Shown here one piece after another: positions 57,406 through 64,000 of a stretch of DNA of 64,000 nucleotides. The notes beneath the pieces were generated by a model, which did no database searches, was not told where the DNA came from, and saw nothing but the letters and a program-made list of their open reading frames with translations. Position numbers and translations under genes: made by a program. Origin of the DNA: Dehalococcoidia bacterium (GTDB taxonomy: Bacteria > Chloroflexota > Dehalococcoidia > Plut-88900); NCBI GenBank assembly GCA_965249275.1, contig CBDFLQ010000005.1, forward strand, positions 512,001-576,000, in the 5' to 3' direction. Position 1 is the first letter of the stretch. Every line of letters starts with the position of its first letter.

Positions 57406-58320
57406 TTAGAGGGATTCGAGTTCTGAGCGGTGGGGGATGGAGGAGCTTGCGCCGGGGCGTTGGACGGAGAGGGCGGCAGCTTTGTTGGCGAAGGTAATGG
57501 CGTCGGCGAGTGAGGCGCCTTCGTTGAGGCGGGAGGCCAGGGCCCCTAGGAAGCAGTCGCCGGCGCCGGTCGGGTCCAAGGCGTGGACGGTAGAGGCGGG
57601 GGTCAGGTAGGTATCGTCGGGGGTGATTGTGAGGGCTCCGGCAGCGCCCAGGGTTACTATCACGGTCCGAGGGCCACGTGCCAAGAGCATACGGGCAGCT
57701 GATACCAGCACTTCGCGGTCTGTGGAATCTATGGGCGTTTGAGCCATCTCGGAGAGCTCTGTTTCGTTGAGGCACAGGATGTCGACGAGGGAGAGCAGGG
57801 ATTCGGGGAGGGGAAGGGCGGGGGCGGTGTTGAGTATTGTGGTGACGCCGGACTCGGAGGCGATGGTGAGGAAGCGGTGGATGGTCTCGACGGGTATTTC
57901 AAGCTGGACGAGAGCTACGCCTGCATTGGCTATGTGTGCAGCGAGGGGGTCGAGGGTACTGGGGGCGAAGCGAGAGTTGGCTCCCGTGGCAACGACGATG
58001 GTGTTCTCGGCGTGGGAGTCGACCGTGATAAGGGCGACGCCTGTGGGGTCAGGGGATGAGGTTACGCCTACAGTCTCGATATCCTCGGCTCGCATGAATT
58101 CCAGAAGCTCGTTGCCGAACGGGTCGTTGCCGACGCTCCCGAGCATGTAGACGGGAGCGAGGCCGAGGCGTCGGGCGGCGACGGCCTGGTTTAGACCCTT
58201 GCCTCCCGGGACCCGGGTGAGGCTCGTCGCGAACACCGTTTCGCCGGGCCGGGGCATTCTTTCGGTGGAGGCGATCAGGTCCATGTTGATACCACCCGCT
58301 ACGACGATGGGCTTGATGAT
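57406..58320 (-). CDS. rbsK: Ribokinase
   Basis: IVVAGGINMDL, PGETV, PGGKGLNQAVAARRLG, QLEIP, NETE and DPTGAGDCF. The conserved N-terminus extends upstream of ATG 58284 to an ATC at 58320. Confidence 0.88.
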   Translation of the reverse strand: MIKPIVVAGGINMDLIASTERMPRPGETVFATSLTRVPGGKGLNQAVAARRLGLAPVYMLGSVGNDPFGNELLEFMRAEDIETVGVTSSPDPTGVALITVDSHAENTIVVATGANSRFAPSTLDPLAAHIANAGVALVQLEIPVETIHRFLTIASESGVTTILNTAPALPLPESLLSLVDILCLNETELSEMAQTPIDSTDREVLVSAARMLLARGPRTVIVTLGAAGALTITPDDTYLTPASTVHALDPTGAGDCFLGALASRLNEGASLADAITFANKAAALSVQRPGASSSIPHRSELESL

Positions 58321-58404
58321 AAGATGCTCCTTTCTCGGGGACTGCTACGGGGGCAATATACCCCAACGAATGCTTCGGTTGGTACATTCATGGAGGAGAC
58401 TTCA

Positions 58405-59367
58405 ATGGCTAGACCCATCATTTTAGACGTAGACGCAGGTGTCGACGATGCGCTGGCGATATTGCTGGCCCTGGCCTCGCCGGAGGTGGAGGTGATTGGG
58501 ATTACGACAGTGAGCGGGAACGTACACGTGGACAAATGCACGCCGAACGTGCTTCGAATACTGTCGTTTGTGGAAGAAGAGAAGAGGCCAAAGGTGTACA
58601 AGGGGGAGTCGGCGCCGCTGGTGAAGGAACTCTATACTGCGGCTGCGGTCCACGGGGAGGATGGGCTGGGGGACCTGGGAGACGATTACTACCCCGAGCT
58701 TGATTGGGGACTGGTGTCTGAAATGGGCGCAGTAGAGGCTATGGCGGAGATGGTGGCAGGGAGGCCTGGGGAGGTGACGGTAGTGGCCACGGGGCCCTTA
58801 ACCAATGTTGCAAGGGCGATACAGGAATTTCCTGAGAAGATGGCGCAGGCGGGAGAGATAGTGAACATGGGAGGGGCAGTGGATGCGGCTGGGAACATCG
58901 AGCCGATATACGCAGCGGAGTTCAATACCTACGTGGACCCGGAGTCGTTGGATGTAGTCCTGGAGTCGGGTATAGCGTTTACCCTGGTGCCGACGGATGC
59001 GACTCACGGGATCGGGCTGATGCGCAGCGCGGCGAGGGAGTGGTTTGTGGAGAAGGGAGGCAGGGCGGGCCGTTTCGCCTACGACTGCTGCCAATTCTAC
59101 ATGGACTTCACGCAGGCACAGAGCGGATTCGACGGGACGTACATGCACGACCCGATGGCAACCGCAGTGGTAATCGATCCATCGCTGATGACAGCGGCGC
59201 CGCGTCGGATATATGTAGAAGTTAGGGAAGGTCTGACACGGGGGATGACGGTGCCGTATCGGCTCCCGGGAGACAAGCAACCGGAGCCTAACTGCCGGGT
59301 GGCTTCCTGGGTGGAGGGGGAGCGGTTTATTGAGATGCTGCTGACGAGGGTCGGTGGGTTGGGGTGA
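58405..59367 (+). CDS. IUNH-family nucleoside hydrolase
   Basis: DVDAGVDD, TTVSGN, HGEDGLG, TGPLTN, MGG, AEFN and HDP; GGAGG RBS. Confidence 0.93.
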   Translation: MARPIILDVDAGVDDALAILLALASPEVEVIGITTVSGNVHVDKCTPNVLRILSFVEEEKRPKVYKGESAPLVKELYTAAAVHGEDGLGDLGDDYYPELDWGLVSEMGAVEAMAEMVAGRPGEVTVVATGPLTNVARAIQEFPEKMAQAGEIVNMGGAVDAAGNIEPIYAAEFNTYVDPESLDVVLESGIAFTLVPTDATHGIGLMRSAAREWFVEKGGRAGRFAYDCCQFYMDFTQAQSGFDGTYMHDPMATAVVIDPSLMTAAPRRIYVEVREGLTRGMTVPYRLPGDKQPEPNCRVASWVEGERFIEMLLTRVGGLG

Positions 59368-60194
59368 GGGGTACGTGGGTGGCCGTGTTGGGGAAGGTGC
59401 GGGAGTACAGGTGGGAGCTTTGGCTGTTCTTTGGGGTGGGGGTTGTTGGATCGATAGTGGGCTCCCTCGTGCAAATAGCTGTTGGCTTTTTCATCTACGG
59501 AAACTACGGATGGTCTAACTTACCGTTCTTCATAGCTAGCTTTGCAGTGTTGGCGATTTCGTACAGGTGGGTTAGACGGTTACAGCGCCCGATGCTCAAA
59601 TTGATGTGGCACTTCTCATTGGCAGTCGGTGTCCTTAGCATCACCTTCAGCGTGATTCAGGCGGGAGTGTATGTGACCTTTTACGATGAATCGGCTAGGT
59701 CGTATGGGCTTTACTCGTCGTTGACGAGACCCGTGCAATCCGTTGTAGGAATTTCGATTCTCGTTTGGTTTGCCAGACAGGCCTCGCGTGACGGTTTCCG
59801 CAAGGCCTTGGCACTCATCAGTATAGCGGCGTCCAGCGAGGTAAATGTCCTTGATGTGTTTGTCTATGTGTTTCGGTTCTTAGCCGGCTTTGGGACCGGT
59901 CAATTTGGATTCCTATTAGCAACGATTCCGCTGGCGCTGTTACCGGTATGGGCACTCAAGCGCGTGGACTCCGGGAAACGCATGCCGAGCAAGGGAATTG
60001 CAGTCCTATTCGCTGCCGCGTGGCTGTCATGGGTATTGCGTTTCCTGGGGCCGATTGATGAGCCGGGGGATGGTTTGATCGCTGTTGCTGTGAGCATCTC
60101 AACTGTGCAGGTTGTCCTATATGCGATAGTGATATGGATAGCGTACTCAGTGCGCGTACGGATACCTGTTCAACCTGAACCTATCGAAGGATGA
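59364..60194 (+). CDS. Hypothetical multi-pass membrane protein
   Basis: 276 aa with about 8-9 hydrophobic segments; GTG overlaps the upstream stop; lower GC. Confidence 0.6.
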   Translation: MRGTWVAVLGKVREYRWELWLFFGVGVVGSIVGSLVQIAVGFFIYGNYGWSNLPFFIASFAVLAISYRWVRRLQRPMLKLMWHFSLAVGVLSITFSVIQAGVYVTFYDESARSYGLYSSLTRPVQSVVGISILVWFARQASRDGFRKALALISIAASSEVNVLDVFVYVFRFLAGFGTGQFGFLLATIPLALLPVWALKRVDSGKRMPSKGIAVLFAAAWLSWVLRFLGPIDEPGDGLIAVAVSISTVQVVLYAIVIWIAYSVRVRIPVQPEPIEG

Positions 60195-60200
60195 GTGGAG

Positions 60201-60743
60201 CTAAGGCCGCTCTGTCTCTTCGTAGCGGGCGAGGACGAAGAGTAGGGAGCTGAGGCGGTTGAGGTAGCGGGGGATTTCGGTGTTGGTGAGGATGCCGTTA
60301 TCCATGAGCTCTACGGTGCGGCGCTCGGCGCGGCGGACGGTGGAGCGGGCGAGGTCTATGGCTGCGCCGGCGGGTGAGCCGCCGGGCATTACGAACTCTC
60401 GGGGGAGTTCAATTTTCTCGGAGAGGGAGTCGGTGGTCTCTTCAAGCTTGTCGACCATGTCGGCGGTGACTTTCTGGAAGTGCTTGAGGAATTTGGGGTA
60501 GAAGTCGGTGTCGATGGCGATCTCGCCGCCGACGGTGAAGGACTCTCTCTGGAGGGCGAGAAGGATTTCCCGGACATCCTGTTTTGGGGATAGGGCGCGC
60601 CCGAGACCCATGGCGGATACGGCTTCGTCGAGTGCGCCATAGGCCTCGCAGCGGGGGTCGGCCTTGGAGACTCGGCCGCCGTAGAGGAGGCCGGTCTGGC
60701 CGCCGTCGCCGAATCCGGTGTACATGGGAGGGGTCTTGGGCAT
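60201..60743 (-). CDS. pduO: PduO-type cob(I)alamin adenosyltransferase
   Basis: YTGFGDGGQT, RCEAYGALDE, PGGS, ARSTVRRAER and YLNRLSSLLFVLAR. Confidence 0.92.
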   Translation of the reverse strand: MPKTPPMYTGFGDGGQTGLLYGGRVSKADPRCEAYGALDEAVSAMGLGRALSPKQDVREILLALQRESFTVGGEIAIDTDFYPKFLKHFQKVTADMVDKLEETTDSLSEKIELPREFVMPGGSPAGAAIDLARSTVRRAERRTVELMDNGILTNTEIPRYLNRLSSLLFVLARYEETERP

Positions 60744-60770
60744 GGGTGAATTATAGCAGGGAGGGGATAG

Positions 60771-60886
60771 GAACCCTTACCCCCTTTATCCCCCTCTCCC
60801 TTAGGGCCTTTAAGGGAGAGGGGGAGATAAGAACAGAGGGATGCATTGCCGCTTTGCGGCAATGCATCCCTCTAGTTCAGTACTGG
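60771..60886 (+). repeat. Family E scaffold repeat, copy 1
   Basis: AACCCTYACCCCCTT..TCCCCCTCTCCCTTAGGGCCTTTAAGGGAGAGGGGGAGA..AGAACAGAGG-[hairpin]-CCTCTAGTTCAGTACTGG. Confidence 0.88.
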
Positions 60887-61097
60887 TTAGAAGGGAAGGT
60901 TAGGGGCATGGACGAGCGTGATGTGCCTGTGCTCGCCCATAACGCAGTACGAAGGGATAGGCAAGGATTAGGAAATAATCAGTTCGCCAGTCGATGTGGT
61001 GGACAGGAAAGGAGACAGAGTTGTCGTTGCCAGGGGATCGGGGAAAATTAGGGGGATTGGCTATGCTCGCGTTTCCTTTAGATAGGTGCGGGTAGGG

Positions 61098-61213
61098 AAA
61101 CCCTCACCCCCTTGGTCCCCCTCTCCCTTAGGGCCTTTAAGGGAGAGGGGGAGATGAGAACAGAGGGAGGCATAGGCGCAAAGCACCTATGCCTCCCTCT
61201 AGTTCAGTACTGG
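61098..61213 (+). repeat. Family E scaffold repeat, copy 2
   Basis: Direct repeat of copy 1, 327 bp downstream, with a different hairpin sequence. Confidence 0.88.
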
Positions 61214-61274
61214 TTTGGAAGGGAGAGAAGGTTAGGGACGGGCATGACTTTAATGAGGGATGGAATAACGGTAG

Positions 61275-62234
61275 TTAGAGAGCGAGGCATTCTTTGAGGT
61301 GGGTTAGGGAGAGGTTGCCGCCGCTGAGGATTAGGACGGTCTTTCGGCCTTTGATGCGGTCTTTTAGGGCTTGGGCGGCGGCGAGGGGGGCTGCGCCTGC
61401 GCCCTCGGCGAGGTTGTGGGTCTTTTCTAGCATCTGGACGACGGCGAAGCGGATGTCGTCCTCGGAGACGAGGACGTAGTCGTCGAGGAGGTCACGGATG
61501 ACGGCCTGGGAGCCGTCGAAGGAGATGCGTACGGAGATGCCCTCGGCGAAGGTGGTGGTTGGGGAGTCGACTAGGCGGCCCTCTTTCCAGGACAGGTAGG
61601 GGGAAAGTGCAGCTTCGGAGGAGACACCGATGATTTCGAGGTCGGGCCTGATGGCCTTGCCTGCGATGCAGAGGCTGGATGCGAAGCCAGCGCCGCCGAT
61701 GGGGACAATGACGACCTCGGCGTCGGGGAGGTCCTGGAGGATTTCGACCATGCAGGTCCCGAGGCCGGAGACGAAATCGTGGTCTTCGGCGTCGTTGAAG
61801 AGGCGGTAGCCCTTCTCGTCGGCGATGGTCTGTAGGTGGTCGCGGGCTTCGTCGTAGTCTGCGCCGTAGGTCATCAACTCCGCGCCGAAGTTCCGGATGG
61901 CCTCGGCCTTGCCGGGATTGGGGTTAGAGGGCAGAGCTATGACGGCATGACAGCCGAAGAGTTGGCTGGCGTAGGCCACGGACTGGCCAAAGTTGCCGGT
62001 GGATGCAACGGCTACGCCCTTCTTCAACTGTTCCGGCGTGAGGTTGGCTATGGCGTTCAGGCCACCCCTGATCTTGAAGGAGCCGATTGCGGTGTGGTTT
62101 TCGTGCTTGACGTAGGTCTCGGAGCCGAGGAGGGCGTCGAGGCCCGGGTAGTGGTGGAGGGGGGTGGGGGACATGTACCGCTTGAGCAGTGCGTGGGCCT
62201 TGGTTATGGCCTGGATGTCGGTTGTGTAGGTCAT
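61275..62234 (-). CDS. Threonine/serine dehydratase-like fold-type II PLP enzyme, paralogue B
   Basis: KHENHT.IGSFKIRG, ASTGNFGQ, VPIGGAG, EGAGAA and LSGGN. Confidence 0.9.
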   Translation of the reverse strand: MTYTTDIQAITKAHALLKRYMSPTPLHHYPGLDALLGSETYVKHENHTAIGSFKIRGGLNAIANLTPEQLKKGVAVASTGNFGQSVAYASQLFGCHAVIALPSNPNPGKAEAIRNFGAELMTYGADYDEARDHLQTIADEKGYRLFNDAEDHDFVSGLGTCMVEILQDLPDAEVVIVPIGGAGFASSLCIAGKAIRPDLEIIGVSSEAALSPYLSWKEGRLVDSPTTTFAEGISVRISFDGSQAVIRDLLDDYVLVSEDDIRFAVVQMLEKTHNLAEGAGAAPLAAAQALKDRIKGRKTVLILSGGNLSLTHLKECLAL

Positions 62235-63193
62235 TGGGTTGCACTCAGGGAAGCTTTAAGCTCTTCGATGGAAGCGTTGCCGCCTGACTGAATAAGGGCT
62301 ACCTTCTTGCCCTGGAGCCGCTCTTTGAGCTTGAGGGCGGCGGCTAGGGGTGCGGCACCCGCGCCCTCGGCGAGGTTGTGGGTCTTTTCGAGGAGGAGTG
62401 CTATGGCCTGACGGATTTCGCTGTCATCGACGGCTACAAAATCGTCCAGGAGATCGCACATTATTCGGAAAGGTATCTCGTCGGTGACCTTGACGCCGAT
62501 GCCCTCAGCGAAGGTGGTCATTGGGGCGTCGACCAACATGCCCTGCTTCCATGAGAGGTAGGGCGAGGCCGCTTGGGCGCTGCACACAGCTATAACCTGG
62601 ACGTCGGGTTTGAGGCCCTTGGCGGCGACGGAGACGCCGGAGGCGAGACCGCCACCTCCTACGGGGAGGATGACCACGTCGACATCGGGGAGCTGGTCCA
62701 GGATTTCGAGCATGATAGTGCCGCTGCCGGCCATGAATCGGGAGTCGGTGGAGTCGCTGACGTACTCGCAGCCGCGTTCAGAAACGATTGAGCGGATTGC
62801 GGCGGGATCGGCATCGTAGACGGTGTCGCTGAGGACCACCTCTGCGCCAAAGGCTTTGATAGCCTCAACCTTAGAGGGGTTGGGGTTTTCCGGAAGAACG
62901 ACGATGGCCTTCGCGCCGAATATGCGACCCGCATAGGCCATGCCCTGACCGAAGTTGCCGGAGGAGGCTACGACTACGCCGCGCTCTTTCTGCTGAGGGC
63001 TGAGCTGGGACATCGTGTTGAGGGCGCCACGAATCTTGAATGCGCCGAGCCGGGTGTGATTTTCGTGCTTGACGTAGGTCTCGGAGCCGAGGAGGGCGTC
63101 GAGGCCGGGGTAGTGGTGGAGGGGGGTGGGGGACATATAGTTGGCGAGAAGGGCGCGTGCCTTGTAGATGTCCTGGAGGGTGGGGCGAGTCAT
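62231..63193 (-). CDS. Threonine/serine dehydratase-like fold-type II PLP enzyme, paralogue A
   Basis: KHENHTRLGAFKIRG, ASSGNFGQ, PVGGGGL, EGAGAA and SGGN. Start reassigned to ATG 63193. Confidence 0.9.
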   Translation of the reverse strand: MTRPTLQDIYKARALLANYMSPTPLHHYPGLDALLGSETYVKHENHTRLGAFKIRGALNTMSQLSPQQKERGVVVASSGNFGQGMAYAGRIFGAKAIVVLPENPNPSKVEAIKAFGAEVVLSDTVYDADPAAIRSIVSERGCEYVSDSTDSRFMAGSGTIMLEILDQLPDVDVVILPVGGGGLASGVSVAAKGLKPDVQVIAVCSAQAASPYLSWKQGMLVDAPMTTFAEGIGVKVTDEIPFRIMCDLLDDFVAVDDSEIRQAIALLLEKTHNLAEGAGAAPLAAALKLKERLQGKKVALIQSGGNASIEELKASLSATQ

Positions 63194-63216
63194 AGGGGTG
63201 ATTGCCTTATCGGGGG

Positions 63217-64000
63217 TTAGACTTCGGTGGGGACGAGACGCCAGTCGTATGGGGCCTGAGCCATGACCTCGGGGCCGTTCTTGGTGATGAGAAGCTGCTC
63301 TTCCAGCTTGACCTGCTCCGTGCCGTTCTCGCGGCCGAAGCTGGCCTCCATGCAGATGACCATGTTCTCCTGTACTTCTCCTACGTCGTTGCCGAAACCG
63401 GTGTCGTTCACGTCGGGGAAGTAGAGGGCGGGCCACTCGTCTGACATGCCTGCGCCGTGGGCGAGGACAACGTAGCGGTTTCGCTTGTACTCGTCGGGGA
63501 CTTCGGGAATGGAGTTGGCGATGTCGATGAAGGAAGCACCGGGAACGAACTTGGGAATGCCAGTCTGAACAAACTCATAGGCGCGCTTGTAGGCGTCGAG
63601 CTGTTCTTCGTTGGGTTTGACGTCACCGCATAGGTAGGTGCGGGAGATATCGGCGAAGTAGCCGAGGGGCCCGGCCATGTCGGTATCCATTGCGACGAGG
63701 TTGCCGGGCAGGACGACGCGCTCGGTGGCCTCCCGGTGGAGCCAGGGGTTGGTGTTGCCGCCGGAGGCGAGGAGCTTGCCGTCGATGCGTTCGCCGCCGT
63801 ACTCAAGGTTGGTGCCGGACATGATGGAGTAGAGCTTGTTCTCGGTGACGCCGGGGACTATGGCATCCCGGACGCGGGAGACGGCAACGTCGGCTATGGC
63901 GCAGGCCTGTCGGATGGCGGCGATTTCGTCTGGGGTCTTTATGGCTCGGGCCCAGCCGACGGGCGCCAGAGCGCCCTCTACGCGGATGCCGAGATCAGTA
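63217..64000 (-). CDS. M24 metallopeptidase-fold enzyme, DddP (DMSP lyase)-like, partial (5' end outside the window)
   Basis: The frame stays open to the window edge: ARAIKTPDEI, LLASGGNTNPW, DTD, ADISRT, HGAGMSDEWP and VKLEEQLLIT. Confidence 0.8.
   Translation of the reverse strand, partial: TDLGIRVEGALAPVGWARAIKTPDEIAAIRQACAIADVAVSRVRDAIVPGVTENKLYSIMSGTNLEYGGERIDGKLLASGGNTNPWLHREATERVVLPGNLVAMDTDMAGPLGYFADISRTYLCGDVKPNEEQLDAYKRAYEFVQTGIPKFVPGASFIDIANSIPEVPDEYKRNRYVVLAHGAGMSDEWPALYFPDVNDTGFGNDVGEVQENMVICMEASFGRENGTEQVKLEEQLLITKNGPEVMAQAPYDWRLVPTEV

Noticed and set aside
1-64000. tRNA, rRNA, prophage or autonomous transposase genes
   Set aside because: No cloverleaf/T-loop signatures, rRNA motifs, phage genes or DDE/HUH transposase ORFs were recognised by eye.

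Overview
A GC-rich bacterial window. Gene content (HflKC, PyrR-controlled pyr genes, two-subunit GcvP, leaderless genes, many paralogous amidohydrolases, luciferase-like monooxygenases and class III CoA-transferases) suggests Chloroflexota, probably SAR202-like Dehalococcoidia; this is an inference. It holds housekeeping blocks (hflKC, pyrF, sfsA, tupABC with a divergent HTH-PBP regulator, pyrR-pyrB-carA-[vapBC, HAD]-carB-pyrK, gcvT-H-PA-PB), a PadR-arsM pair, a protoglobin, a ~25 kb catabolic paralogue array (32.4-57.0 kb), a ribokinase/nucleoside hydrolase pair, pduO, two threonine-dehydratase-like paralogues and a partial DddP-like M24 enzyme. I found no transposase, CRISPR array, tRNA or rRNA. 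The least explained structure is intergenic, a nested set of non-coding repeats: several REP-like hairpin families; a ~130 bp MITE with IS1106/IS5-like ends that sits in the 5-nt loop of one hairpin family; solo IS481-like ends; a scaffold repeat whose 18-bp hairpin varies with compensatory changes; and a family of 21-22 nt micro-insertions found inside four of these repeat families, once inside itself. Unusual proteins include a PyrB-PyrI(Zn)-Ada-like fusion, an NCS2 permease fused to a degenerate anti-sigma-kinase-like domain, and an HflC with a long extra C-terminal domain. All assignments come from reading motifs by eye; no database searches were run.
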